IMG/VR virus record: IMGVR_UViG_3300009788_000088 | Length of the DNA: 64,000 bases | Strand: one strand, 5' to 3' | Source of the DNA: a virus | The notes under the pieces: generated by a model | Database searches by the model: none | The model's input: only the letters and a program-made list of their open reading frames with translations | What the model was told of the DNA's origin: nothing | Program-made: the position numbers and the translations under genes | In this document: piece by piece, positions 50,512 to 59,841 of the stretch | How positions within the stretch are numbered: the stretch's first letter is position 1 | How the letters are laid out: each line of letters starts with the position of its first letter

Positions 50512-51488
50512 TTGACACTCTCAATCATCCTCATGCACATGGCCGTAAAAGGAATCTCCTTATCAGCCGCAAGAGAATCTTGAAACTGGTAATTGGACAT
50601 CATGACAATAATATCAGGAATAGCTTTCTCTGGGACATACTGTTCCAGCATAGCGAATATCTGACCATACAGATAGGTTGCATTCTGACCAACCCGCTCA
50701 GCGATGAACTGACGGACGGGCTTCCAACGTCCTTCCAGAATCAAGGTAAACAGTTCAGCTACGAGAGTAGCATCTTCCATAGCAATGGTACTCATAATAT
50801 TATCCCGACAAGCACCTTGGATAATATTCAAACACTTCCGCATATCCGGGTAATACTTGTTAATGATTTTAGCAAGGACTTCCTCCGAGTAATCAGTGAT
50901 ACCCTCATTCCCGAAAATAGCCTTGACCCTCTTAAAGAATGCTACCTTAAGGGCTTCTTCGTTATGCTGAAAGTCCTCAGAGAAATCCACCACCACACAC
51001 CGGGACTGAATGGGGTTAATGACCTTATGGAGATAATTCGTGGTCAGTATAAACCGACAGGTCTTGGCGGCCTCTTCCATGACAGCCCTGAGCGCAGACT
51101 GGGCATCCTGAGCGCCCATACGTTCGAACTCATCAAGGATAACAATCTTAAGCCCGTTCCCGGTAAGCGTCATTGTATTGGCGAAGTCCATCACATCATT
51201 CCTGATGACATCAATGGAGCTTTCGCTGGAAGCATTGATATAGAGGGTGTTATCTCTCCCAGCAATGGAATGTGCGAGAATGTAGGCAAGGGTTGTCTTC
51301 CCCAGCCCAGACTCCGGCGCATAAAACAGGAGATGTGGAATATTTTGAGTAACGATGAAAGATTTGAATTGTTGTCTGAGAGCTTCGGACATGACAGTCT
51401 CAGCAAGATTCATGGGCCTGTACTTCTCAGCCCAAAGAAAATGTTTTGGATTCTGGGTAAGGTCTCCTAATTTTGCCGCTGTCATCAC
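50508..51488 (-). CDS. 44: clamp loader AAA+ subunit (gp44-like)
   Basis: WAEKYRP, GLGKTT, INAS, ILDE, SRC, PDMRK. Confidence 0.95.
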   Translation of the reverse strand: MMTAAKLGDLTQNPKHFLWAEKYRPMNLAETVMSEALRQQFKSFIVTQNIPHLLFYAPESGLGKTTLAYILAHSIAGRDNTLYINASSESSIDVIRNDVMDFANTMTLTGNGLKIVILDEFERMGAQDAQSALRAVMEEAAKTCRFILTTNYLHKVINPIQSRCVVVDFSEDFQHNEEALKVAFFKRVKAIFGNEGITDYSEEVLAKIINKYYPDMRKCLNIIQGACRDNIMSTIAMEDATLVAELFTLILEGRWKPVRQFIAERVGQNATYLYGQIFAMLEQYVPEKAIPDIIVMMSNYQFQDSLAADKEIPFTAMCMRMIESVK

Positions 51489-51766
51489 ATCTCCAATCTT
51501 CTCGCATGAACCCCCATAACAGAATTCCCATCAGGTAAAGGGGGTAAATAATGTTGAAGGAATGGCCAAGTTTCCGCCTTATACAGACCCTCTGCATTTT
51601 CGGTAGTGAATATATCACCGGGGGTAAGTTCACTCATTCGAACCTGATTGAACTTTTGGCCATCCCAACGATGTATGATGGCCAGCCCGTTTCCTTTTGG
51701 TAAGACCCCCGCTGATATCATCCCGGCCAAAACAGCCGTAGCTTTCAGAAAGTCACGTCTATCCAT
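51485..51766 (-). CDS. small protein with twin-arginine signal peptide
   Basis: MDRRDFLK + hydrophobic stretch; ATG 51766 overlaps upstream TGA. Confidence 0.7.
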   Translation of the reverse strand: MDRRDFLKATAVLAGMISAGVLPKGNGLAIIHRWDGQKFNQVRMSELTPGDIFTTENAEGLYKAETWPFLQHYLPPLPDGNSVMGVHARRLEM

Positions 51767-51906
51767 CAATCCCACCCCGTGAAACGAGCGATCCAGTCCA
51801 ACAGAAATTTGGCGAACCGAATCCCAATCTGAACGAAAACTAAAAAAATGACCAGCCCAGCACCCACGAATGTCCACAACATCCAACTCGGTATCATGAG
51901 GTCCAT
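51766..51906 (-). CDS. 46 aa membrane protein (absent from ORF track)
   Basis: GGAGG RBS; MDLMIPSWMLWTFVGAGLVIFLVFVQIGIRFAKFLLDWIARFTGWD*. Confidence 0.65.
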   Translation of the reverse strand: MDLMIPSWMLWTFVGAGLVIFLVFVQIGIRFAKFLLDWIARFTGWD

Positions 51907-51915
51907 AATGCCTCC

Positions 51916-52584
51916 TTATTCGGCTTGGAACGCTACGATGTAAATAAGAGTGTCCAAATCTTTGGGTATCCAACGAGCGAATCCCTGATTAGTGAATTGA
52001 ACCCGATAAGCATTAGGAAGCATGGTGATATTCTCCACGCTCACAAAATGTTCTTGATCAAACTTCCCGGTATCTACCTCATAGGTCAGACTGAAATCGC
52101 TCTTAGTTTTGTTGTCCTTATCCAACGTGGACAGAATAACCTTACCATTCCTGATTTCAGCCTTGATATCCGGCGTGTTTAGGATAGTGGAAGCCCGAAG
52201 CAATTCCTTGATATCATTTTGTTCCATGGAGATAGTAACAACATCATCCGGCATTGTCAATTTTTCCGGGTCCGGTGCTTCCTTGATTCCATCAATCGGC
52301 ATGAACCGATAGGTAGACCGTTTACCATTCCTCTTCAAGACAGCGTGTGAATCCTTGATATTCACATCTACTTCTTGACCACCCATCACCTCTACAATGG
52401 AAAGGAATTGTTTTACATCATAAATTCCGAACATAAACTTTTCAGGCTTATTCCAGATGTAATAAGCTACCACAGAACTATTCCGTTTCATCACCCTTAT
52501 TACACTCTCTCTAAACACAATCGAAGGGTTAATAAGAGAAAGATTTTGAAGAATCTTCAGGTCATCAGCTTCAAATAATTTCAT
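51916..52584 (-). CDS. 45: sliding clamp (gp45-like)
   Basis: LQNLSLINPSI, FGIYDVKQFLS, ENITML...Y; synteny with gp44/62/regA. Confidence 0.92.
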   Translation of the reverse strand: MKLFEADDLKILQNLSLINPSIVFRESVIRVMKRNSSVVAYYIWNKPEKFMFGIYDVKQFLSIVEVMGGQEVDVNIKDSHAVLKRNGKRSTYRFMPIDGIKEAPDPEKLTMPDDVVTISMEQNDIKELLRASTILNTPDIKAEIRNGKVILSTLDKDNKTKSDFSLTYEVDTGKFDQEHFVSVENITMLPNAYRVQFTNQGFARWIPKDLDTLIYIVAFQAE

Positions 52585-53000
52585 TTTGAATCCTCTTTAA
52601 CCATTAATTGTAAGGCAGATATGGCAACACCCACATCACTGGGATGAACGTCCACAGACATTACCTCCGTTATATTTCCCCAACACTTCGGGCCGAATAT
52701 CCTATAACCGCCGCTATCCTCATAATACAGGTAGACAGCTTCCCCACCGTTAGACCCCCGACAAAAACTTATTCGTGGTTGCATATTCGGTATCCGTCGT
52801 CACATAATACATCGTTAACGTTCTTGACAAAGATTCTTAACCCCTCAAGGAACGTGGTCAGGGGAAGCTCCATATCAATATCAGCAATAGAGGTGGGATT
52901 ATTAAACTCTTTACAGAATGTGATTTTACCATCAGACCAAAAGGTCATATATATGGCGTTATACCGAAGCTTTAGTTCTTCGCCTTCAGCTTCGGTGAAT

Positions 53001-53543
53001 TCAAGAAGTTGTACCAGAAGTGGTTTGGCTGACATTGGATTTTCCCTTCCAAATTACCACGGGTTCATAATCAATTGCTTCTACAGATACACACACTCTA
53101 TCACAATCCCACTTTTTTGTTATAGCTTTTATTTCACGTCCACAACGTTGGTGATATTGGTGGGTGTGACCATGAATGTTAATCTTGCCATGGGGAATTT
53201 TTTTGAGGGGGTAGTGGGTAAAAATGAATTGATTCCAATCCAGTCTGTCGGCCACGAAAGTAAACTTGGATAGATAAAAACTCTTTGACCAACCATCGTG
53301 GTTGCCAAGGATAAGTCCCTTGACGCCGTTCAATTCAGCTAGAAGATCATCAAACTTTTCTTTTCCAGCCTTGGACCAGAAGAAGTCTCCCACGATAATA
53401 ACACGATCCTCCGACTGGACTACGGCATTCCATTTCTTAATCATGTGAGCGTTCATCTCATCATAATCCTGAAATGGTCTATTGCAATGTTTGATGATTT
53501 CTTTGTGGTAGAAGTGGTTATCCGCTATCGCCAGCAGTCTCAC
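53001..53543 (-). CDS. calcineurin-like metallophosphoesterase
   Basis: ADNHF.H, VGDF, GNHD, THYP, HGHTH. Confidence 0.9.
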   Translation of the reverse strand: MRLLAIADNHFYHKEIIKHCNRPFQDYDEMNAHMIKKWNAVVQSEDRVIIVGDFFWSKAGKEKFDDLLAELNGVKGLILGNHDGWSKSFYLSKFTFVADRLDWNQFIFTHYPLKKIPHGKINIHGHTHQYHQRCGREIKAITKKWDCDRVCVSVEAIDYEPVVIWKGKSNVSQTTSGTTS

Positions 53544-53779
53544 CCGGCACCTCTTTCGAAAGAGCTTCAATCAACATTTTTTGAAATTGGTTATTGATAG
53601 AATCGATATCATCTTGGGTTAGCCACCGGAAAAAGCCTTCTTCTTTTTCAAACTCAGGCCGAATCTCTGTTTCCGTTTCCGCAAGGAACGGGGCCGTCTC
53701 CAATATCAACCGCCCGTCTTCCGATCTCCTGTAATACCAATCTAAAAATTGAGGCATGTTGTGTGGATTAGGATTCCTC

Positions 53780-54268
53780 TCATTCGGGGAATGTGGTGAT
53801 TTTCGTACACCCCGTTTCCGTTGCATACTCTCCATTTTGCAACCTCCTGAAGACTTCTTGGGAATGCTTATACTTGTATCCCTTACCGAAACCATAACCC
53901 CAGTTATACCGGGTAGCATTCCAGTTGACAATCCTCGTGAGCCAATAACCAATTTCAGCCCTCCAGCCATATCCACCAAGCTGAACACCAAGGAACATGT
54001 AGACTCCGATAACTGGATATCCTTTCCGGGCCACCGCTTCCATCAGCTTGGCGTCCGCCCGGAGACGAGACATGCGATTGCCACCCAGCCAATAGGTCTT
54101 GTCATGCTCAACACAATCTTCATACCAAGGAAGACGTGAAGACCATTTACCGAAGTATCTAACGATAGTCGGAGATAAAGTATTCCTGATAGCGGCTATT
54201 CTGGACCATAACCACGACATATTTCCGGAGCATCCATCCGTACCAAAAGGCTTTAATTTGTAATTCAT
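53780..54268 (-). CDS. prokaryotic phospholipase A2-like fold protein
   Basis: TDGCS, CVEHD..YW.GG, R..AD..L, WGYG. Confidence 0.55.
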   Translation of the reverse strand: MNYKLKPFGTDGCSGNMSWLWSRIAAIRNTLSPTIVRYFGKWSSRLPWYEDCVEHDKTYWLGGNRMSRLRADAKLMEAVARKGYPVIGVYMFLGVQLGGYGWRAEIGYWLTRIVNWNATRYNWGYGFGKGYKYKHSQEVFRRLQNGEYATETGCTKITTFPE

Positions 54269-54715
54269 TACTTCTTCCCTGCTTTGTGACGACTTCCTTT
54301 AAGCCGTTTACGATGCTTGTGTTTACTCATCATTTTACGACGTTTTTTAATTACGCTTCCCATAACTACCTCCCTTGCCATGCATGGTTAAACGCCTCAG
54401 CGCTTCCTTTCGGGTTATTTTTTCATAATTTTTATGAAATAACTGCAACGGGAGCCACCCTCCACGACACGTTGCCGTATTTACCAAAAACACAAAAGCA
54501 TCATTTACTGCCATTACTAAAACCACCGAAGCTAATCCTTTAGTGCTATAATGTTTGGTTCCCACTTTCCTCGCCACGCCTAACAGCTTACGTGGATTGG
54601 GCCAATCATACAAATGATTAACCACTATCGGAAACATTTCTTCGATGGTTTCCTTCTCCACACTTTTCTTTGTTAACGCTTCTGGATACACTGATTCTCC
54701 TTTAGCTATTCTCCT

Positions 54716-54743
54716 ATTATACCCATTTTTTTGTAAATGTCAA
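54716..54743 (-). promoter_or_regulatory. early promoter
   Basis: TTGACA-N16-TATAAT. Confidence 0.7.
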
Positions 54744-54963
54744 GTTTAATTATCATCATCCAGAATCCTACGACGTTTCAATTTAATAAATTCACACCCC
54801 TCATCGAACTCTGGAATACAAGGAAGTGGTGAGCCAATTTTAGAATTCATTTGCTCACACTGAATGCGCTCATCGCAAACAGCACAACATTTATCTTGAA
54901 CACCCAAAACACAAACCGTTGGTCGGGTCTGAGCAAGACATAATTTATCTACCTGATATTTCA

Positions 54964-55260
54964 TTATCCGGTTTTTTCCATACCTTCAGCAATCCGGTCA
55001 TCGGTCCTTTTCGCCTGATCTGCGTGACGATCAACCTCTGACTGGAGAACATCATATCCATCCCGACCCTCCAAATCATTTTTCATGGGGTCTTGGTGAG
55101 CCCACCCAGAACCTTTCAAATGAAACGGTATTAACTGAATCTGAATTCGGGTATCTTTATCACACTTGGGACACCACTCTTCCCGATCAAATTCACTGAT
55201 CTTTTTATCCACTTCAAACACTCGACTGCAATGATTACATTTATATTGATATGTGGGCAT
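54964..55260 (-). CDS. FmdB-family zinc ribbon protein
   Basis: MPTYQYKC..C...FE...CPKC...LKGSGW. Confidence 0.88.
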   Translation of the reverse strand: MPTYQYKCNHCSRVFEVDKKISEFDREEWCPKCDKDTRIQIQLIPFHLKGSGWAHQDPMKNDLEGRDGYDVLQSEVDRHADQAKRTDDRIAEGMEKTG

Positions 55261-55628
55261 TAGAGAACCCTCCAGAGCCACTGTCCCCATTTGATAATAA
55301 GGATAAATAAACCAACCACGACGGCAATACCAATCGCTAACCCAATTACTTCAATAACAGTATCACGCCAGAATAATATCTGTCCTTTAATGGCCATAGG
55401 ATGGCGACGTTTCCGGGTGCCGGGAGCCGGGGGTTTGGGAATTTTCGGAGGTCTCGCCTCGTGTGGGGTGATAATAGAAGTTGACCGTGGCGTTCCCGGT
55501 TTCCTGACAGCCGTAGTCTTTTTAGGTTCATTCCCCAACATTTTAGAAAGGGTGCCAGAAAGCGTTTCTTTAGTAGCCTCCTCGACAACCTCTTTAATTT
55601 CTTTTTTGGTTTTTTTGTCCAGTTTCAC
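55260..55628 (-). CDS. basic Pro-rich membrane protein
   Basis: C-terminal transmembrane segment. Confidence 0.6.
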   Translation of the reverse strand: MKLDKKTKKEIKEVVEEATKETLSGTLSKMLGNEPKKTTAVRKPGTPRSTSIITPHEARPPKIPKPPAPGTRKRRHPMAIKGQILFWRDTVIEVIGLAIGIAVVVGLFILIIKWGQWLWRVL

Positions 55629-56175
55629 CGATCAATCCTTTCATCAATTCTTGAATGGCCAATGTTATCATATACGTGTCTGAAGAAATATTTATCTTCA
55701 CTAATTCAATAAGTGTGTGAACAGCGGCCTCTTTATCGTTGATAATATAATTAGTACACCCCCACACCCACCCCGGAATATCCTGTTTGTCGTACCCGTT
55801 GGCCCAGACCACAACCGGGAGTCCTATGGCCCTATGAAGGGTAATCTCCCCATGGGTGCCAGCACCCCTACGGACTCCCTCACAATATCGGACGAAAGAA
55901 CCGTGGCCGACACAAGTCATTATTATGTCCTTGTTTACGATTTCATAAATAGCGTCTTTATACTGAACAGAAGTCTTGTCGCCACTAGCGGCACTACACC
56001 GTTCTTCCAGTTCCTCCTGTCCTTTGGTGGGGTCTAATGTCTTGAAACCTTCGGCTTCAAATAACCCCGTAATATCATCCCACCAATCATGACCATCTTC
56101 GTTATGCTCAATGGACCCAGACAGATAAACACTCTTCGGAAAAATTTCATTCAAAATATCATCTTGTTCACTCAT
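55594..56175 (-). CDS. nucleoside 2-deoxyribosyltransferase-like protein
   Basis: VYLSGSI, LDP, D, GT.GE, PVVV. Confidence 0.7.
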   Translation of the reverse strand: MSEQDDILNEIFPKSVYLSGSIEHNEDGHDWWDDITGLFEAEGFKTLDPTKGQEELEERCSAASGDKTSVQYKDAIYEIVNKDIIMTCVGHGSFVRYCEGVRRGAGTHGEITLHRAIGLPVVVWANGYDKQDIPGWVWGCTNYIINDKEAAVHTLIELVKINISSDTYMITLAIQELMKGLIGETGQKNQKRN

Positions 56176-56177
56176 AA

Positions 56178-57188
56178 CTACCTCCCTAGTTTAATTCTCA
56201 CCACTGCTTCAACGCCCTTATAAGACCTGTAAGATGTTTTAAAATCTATATTCAGCCCCATTTGAATAGCCATATTGACATCTTTCGCCGGACAATCTGG
56301 GGGCCACACAAAAACCTTATATCCTAATTCAGCAAACTTGATTGATTTCTTTCGGCCGGTTTCATCGTTGTCGAAAACAAAACAAAAATTCCATGACTTG
56401 AGTGCCTTCTGATATTCAGCAGAAAAATCAGAACCGCACAATGCTATGGAATTAGATAAGAACATAGCATCAATGACACCTTCTGTCACATACACAACCT
56501 CAGTACCATCATGATTAACATTGAACATGTTCCAGATTTTGGGATGACCATCCAACACTTTGGTCAGATACTTTGGATACCCATCACCGTCTAACCTCCG
56601 AGCTTGGAATCCATAAATACGCTTCTCCGTCTTCCAAACAAAAGGAAGGATCATTCGTTGTTGGTAATCCCCTCTCTCAGCCATACAGAAGGAAACACCA
56701 TGATCTTTACACATCTCCATGGTGATAAGTCTATCGGTCAAATATACACGGACAGGGTGATCTTCTGGTAATTCCCAGACAGGTACGGTGCCTTTAGGTA
56801 ACTCAATCTCAAACTTCTTGACTTTTTCTTCAAACTCAATCTGCTCTTCTGGAATATGAACTTCAGGCGGCAATTGGGGACCATTCTTCTCTCGGTCCTC
56901 CAGCCACGCCGCTCCAATCTCTTGTTTGTATTGATGAAGCAAAGTGGGTTGTACTATTTCCATAAATTTCTCAAATGATATGCCCCTCTGATCACAATTG
57001 AAACATGAAAAAACTCTCATGTCCGGTTCAAACCAACCACGCTTCTTGTTGATATTACGCTTGGAATCCCCGCAAAGTGGACAACGGAAATTCCATTTTC
57101 CGGAGTGATGCCGCTTCAGTCCCTTGAGATTCATGTATCCGAGATACTTTTCCTGAATCTGCTTTACATCATATTCATACAGGCTCAA
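56178..57188 (-). CDS. 61: DNA primase (gp61-like)
   Basis: RCPLCGDS..CFNC, GFQAR, VTEGVIDAMFL, FDND, KDVN. Confidence 0.95.
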   Translation of the reverse strand: MSLYEYDVKQIQEKYLGYMNLKGLKRHHSGKWNFRCPLCGDSKRNINKKRGWFEPDMRVFSCFNCDQRGISFEKFMEIVQPTLLHQYKQEIGAAWLEDREKNGPQLPPEVHIPEEQIEFEEKVKKFEIELPKGTVPVWELPEDHPVRVYLTDRLITMEMCKDHGVSFCMAERGDYQQRMILPFVWKTEKRIYGFQARRLDGDGYPKYLTKVLDGHPKIWNMFNVNHDGTEVVYVTEGVIDAMFLSNSIALCGSDFSAEYQKALKSWNFCFVFDNDETGRKKSIKFAELGYKVFVWPPDCPAKDVNMAIQMGLNIDFKTSYRSYKGVEAVVRIKLGR

Positions 57189-57388
57189 ACGAACCTCCTT
57201 GGGGATTATGTCTTAATAATCTCCCCTATCTTTCGTGCGACTTTAAGTAGCACCCCGGAGATAAACGCTACGAATGCTGTGGCCGCACAAAAAATCATTG
57301 CGATGACTGACATCATTGTGAGAAATTCTAACATAATACGCCTCCTTGTGATAGGCTGTGAGATATTTCACAGCCTCCTTTTAAATTA

Positions 57389-57418
57389 TTTATATCACAG
57401 GTTGGCATTTTTTGTTAC
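57389..57418 (-). promoter_or_regulatory. class 2 promoter upstream of primase operon
   Basis: GTAACA-N18(..TGA)-TATAAA. Confidence 0.5.
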
Positions 57419-57433
57419 AACTTTTACGACTCT

Positions 57434-58612
57434 TTAATTCCATTCCATTTCCGCCATTGCCCTTAAAGTAAGTGCGGCCGTGTCCATGTCATCAATGACA
57501 GCTAATTTCTTCTGATTAGGATACATTATTGCTACAGGAATTTCAATACCCGTGTGATAGTATCCCAAAGATTCAGCATATGGGTCTTTCTCTTTGAAGG
57601 TAGCACTATTGATAGAGATACGCTTTTCATCATGCCTATGGAAGCTCTCTATGCTCCCTTCATGGAAATGTTCAAGAATACCAATGTCATAAGGCTCTTG
57701 TCCAAAATCATACATCCGCTTCCCGGCATTGTGCCTATTCAGTTTAGACATCCCCCAGAACTTATGACGGTGGTGAACCTTGTATCGAATTCCGTTGATG
57801 TCCAGTTTGACGATACCCCCGTCCTTGTAATACGGAAGATTCTTCCATGTGGCGAACTTTGCCATTTGGTCCACGAATGCATAGCGCTCTGTCCATGCCT
57901 CATGGTTACCACGAATCATCCACAGCACACGCCCTGCCAACATATCCAAAATATAAGCAACAAACTTGTATTGCATTTCAACCTTGAACTCACGTTGCTC
58001 CGTGGCAATGTTCAATTTCTGAATGATGAAGTTGTCGATAAGGTCTCCGCCAATAGCCACGAAAAGGTTGGGTGTGTCATTAATAAGTTCGACAACTTCT
58101 TTCAGATATTCATAATTAACTCCAGAACTCCCTAGATGAAGATCAGAAATTGCACAAAGCCCCACTGGATGAGTAGTCGTAATTTTGATAGGGGGTTTAT
58201 CTATATCAAAAATCCCCTCCTTCTTCTGCTTCGCAATGATTTCATTCAAAAGCTCTTCTGGACATTTTCCGGGGTCGTGTCCCTCTAATTTAATAGTGGT
58301 ATCCACGTTTAGGGGTTTCTTTTTATCCTTCCAATCTTTATCCACACTTTTCTTAGACCGTTGCTTCTTGGTTGATTTGTGTTTAGGATCGGGGCTACCC
58401 CCAGAAGCTTCATAACAAACATATCTTACAGTATTTTTACTGATTCGATAACCTTCACTTCTTAACTGAATAGCAATTTTATCATAAGACAATCCCTCAG
58501 TTCTAAGTTTCAATATTCTTTTGTGGAGTTGCTCCTTGCTAACCCGCTGTCCTTGATAAGATGGGTTACCATTTGTAACATTTCGTTTGTGAGGCTCTGG
58601 CGTTACAGTCAT
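57434..58612 (-). CDS. HTH-fused metallophosphoesterase
   Basis: GLSYDKIA..L....ISKNTV; SDLHLG, GGDLID, GNHE, HFH. Confidence 0.85.
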   Translation of the reverse strand: MTVTPEPHKRNVTNGNPSYQGQRVSKEQLHKRILKLRTEGLSYDKIAIQLRSEGYRISKNTVRYVCYEASGGSPDPKHKSTKKQRSKKSVDKDWKDKKKPLNVDTTIKLEGHDPGKCPEELLNEIIAKQKKEGIFDIDKPPIKITTTHPVGLCAISDLHLGSSGVNYEYLKEVVELINDTPNLFVAIGGDLIDNFIIQKLNIATEQREFKVEMQYKFVAYILDMLAGRVLWMIRGNHEAWTERYAFVDQMAKFATWKNLPYYKDGGIVKLDINGIRYKVHHRHKFWGMSKLNRHNAGKRMYDFGQEPYDIGILEHFHEGSIESFHRHDEKRISINSATFKEKDPYAESLGYYHTGIEIPVAIMYPNQKKLAVIDDMDTAALTLRAMAEMEWN

Positions 58613-58678
58613 GCACACCTCCTGTGTTTCATAAGGGACAGCCCCCTAATTTAGAGGGCTATGATATATACTCTCTTA

Positions 58679-58707
58679 AGTATATATGATTCAACAGGAA
58701 ATGTTAT
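58679..58707 (-). promoter_or_regulatory. class 2 promoter
   Basis: ATAACA-N17-TATACT. Confidence 0.5.
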
Positions 58708-58723
58708 TAAATAATTTTAAGCT

Positions 58724-58757
58724 GGGAGAGGGCCAAACAGAAGGCTAACCCTCTCCC
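58724..58757 (-). terminator. hairpin / possible terminator
   Basis: GGGAGAGGG...CCCTCTCCC stem; no clear U tract. Confidence 0.5.
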
Positions 58758-58772
58758 TGTTAGAGGCCGAAT

Positions 58773-59267
58773 TTACTGAAGTGTTTCGATAAGCATGTTA
58801 ATTTCAACAAGCGCACATCTGGCTTGATATCGAATTGGTTCACGTTCTGTTGTTGGATTAAGCTTTACTATCCGCTTCAATACGGGGCGCATTACAGCAA
58901 GCGCATCCATAAGGTTGGTGTGGGTTGATACCGTGAGACCCGCTGGAACTTTGATAGTCTTGGTCGGGCGTCCACGCTTCCGGGGTGGTTTCCTGAATTC
59001 TTTCGCACCTTTTTTGGTTACCTCATACACCCGGCGCTCAACCCGACGAATGAATTTGTTGGTAAGGAAGTTTTGAAAGATAAGTGTACGAGCACGGCCA
59101 AGATCAATGCCAGCCCTCATAAGGTCTTCGACGGTCACACCATCCAATATCAAAAAAACCAACTTGGCTTTACCAATGGCCGTCTTTTCGTGTACCAGTT
59201 CTTTATCCAACATCACCCAAAGCTCATCTACGTACTTTTGATATTCGGTGTCAGTCATATTAAACAC
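58773..59267 (-). CDS. putative DNA-binding protein (wHTH-like plus AT-hook)
   Basis: L..KFI.R...YEVTKKG; RKRGRP. Confidence 0.55.
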   Translation of the reverse strand: MFNMTDTEYQKYVDELWVMLDKELVHEKTAIGKAKLVFLILDGVTVEDLMRAGIDLGRARTLIFQNFLTNKFIRRVERRVYEVTKKGAKEFRKPPRKRGRPTKTIKVPAGLTVSTHTNLMDALAVMRPVLKRIVKLNPTTEREPIRYQARCALVEINMLIETLQ

Positions 59268-59281
59268 CTCCTTTGTATAGA

Positions 59282-59309
59282 AATATACCTCTTATTCAGA
59301 GAATGTCAA
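59282..59309 (-). promoter_or_regulatory. early promoter
   Basis: TTGACA-N16-TATATT. Confidence 0.7.
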
Positions 59310-59320
59310 GTAAAAACATG

Positions 59321-59356
59321 CAAAAAGGGAGCCTGTATGTACAGGCTCCCTTTTTG
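59321..59356. terminator. bidirectional intrinsic terminator
   Basis: Perfect 17 bp inverted repeat caaaaagggagcctgta/tacaggctccctttttg. Confidence 0.9.
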
Positions 59357-59474
59357 GTCTTTCATTTCTTTTTAGATTGTCTTATTTTTTTATATTAACA
59401 GGTTATTTTGTTTATCTCATATATAACCTCCTTTCACTTGACTCAAAATAAATTTGTTTCTCTCAACCACTTAC
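59321..59474 (-). ncRNA. candidate ~150 nt small RNA containing minigene ATG-AGA-TAA (59412-59420)
   Basis: Own promoter, AAAGGAGGT SD, two-codon ORF, A-rich tail, terminator. Confidence 0.55.
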
Positions 59475-59480
59475 AATTCA

Positions 59481-59508
59481 AGTATAATCATTTTTGAACT
59501 GTTGTCAA
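59481..59508 (-). promoter_or_regulatory. early promoter of the minigene unit
   Basis: TTGACA-N16-TATACT. Confidence 0.7.
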
Positions 59509-59517
59509 GTGAAAATT

Positions 59518-59841
59518 TTACACGGACACATAAACGGTTTTTACACCTTTGACGGCCGGGATGTGGGTGAAGAGTTTTCCGGGCACCACAAACATCTCCT
59601 TGCCTTTGATTTTCTTTGTGGGGCCAAGCCCCTCATAATCATCAAAAGCCGCCCAGTCGATCTGGTTGCCCAGATTCCCCAGCTTCTTGCCATCAGCATC
59701 ATGAACAATGGCATTCTTATTACCCTTATCCTCTTCAATGGTTTCTCTGGCCTCTTCCAATCGATTCATGGTTTCCTTCTCGGCCAATTCCTCTGCTTCG
59801 AAGCTTTCCAGCATAACCTCTTTTGGAGTTTTATTGCTCAT
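59518..59841 (-). CDS. late protein with acidic N-terminus rich in (L/I)xE sites
   Basis: AAGGAG RBS; MSNKTPKEVMLE..LAE..LEE..IEE. Confidence 0.6.
   Translation of the reverse strand: MSNKTPKEVMLESFEAEELAEKETMNRLEEARETIEEDKGNKNAIVHDADGKKLGNLGNQIDWAAFDDYEGLGPTKKIKGKEMFVVPGKLFTHIPAVKGVKTVYVSV

Noticed and set aside
50487-51470. Long plus-strand ORF (327 aa) and other plus-strand ORFs outside 15289-19327
   Set aside because: Antisense shadows of well-supported minus-strand genes, lacking RBS and motifs
51916-52584. Capsid-targeting tag on gp45 (MKLFEADDL)
   Set aside because: Lacks the (L/I)xE end and is the normal clamp N-terminus; shows that MKxF alone is not diagnostic
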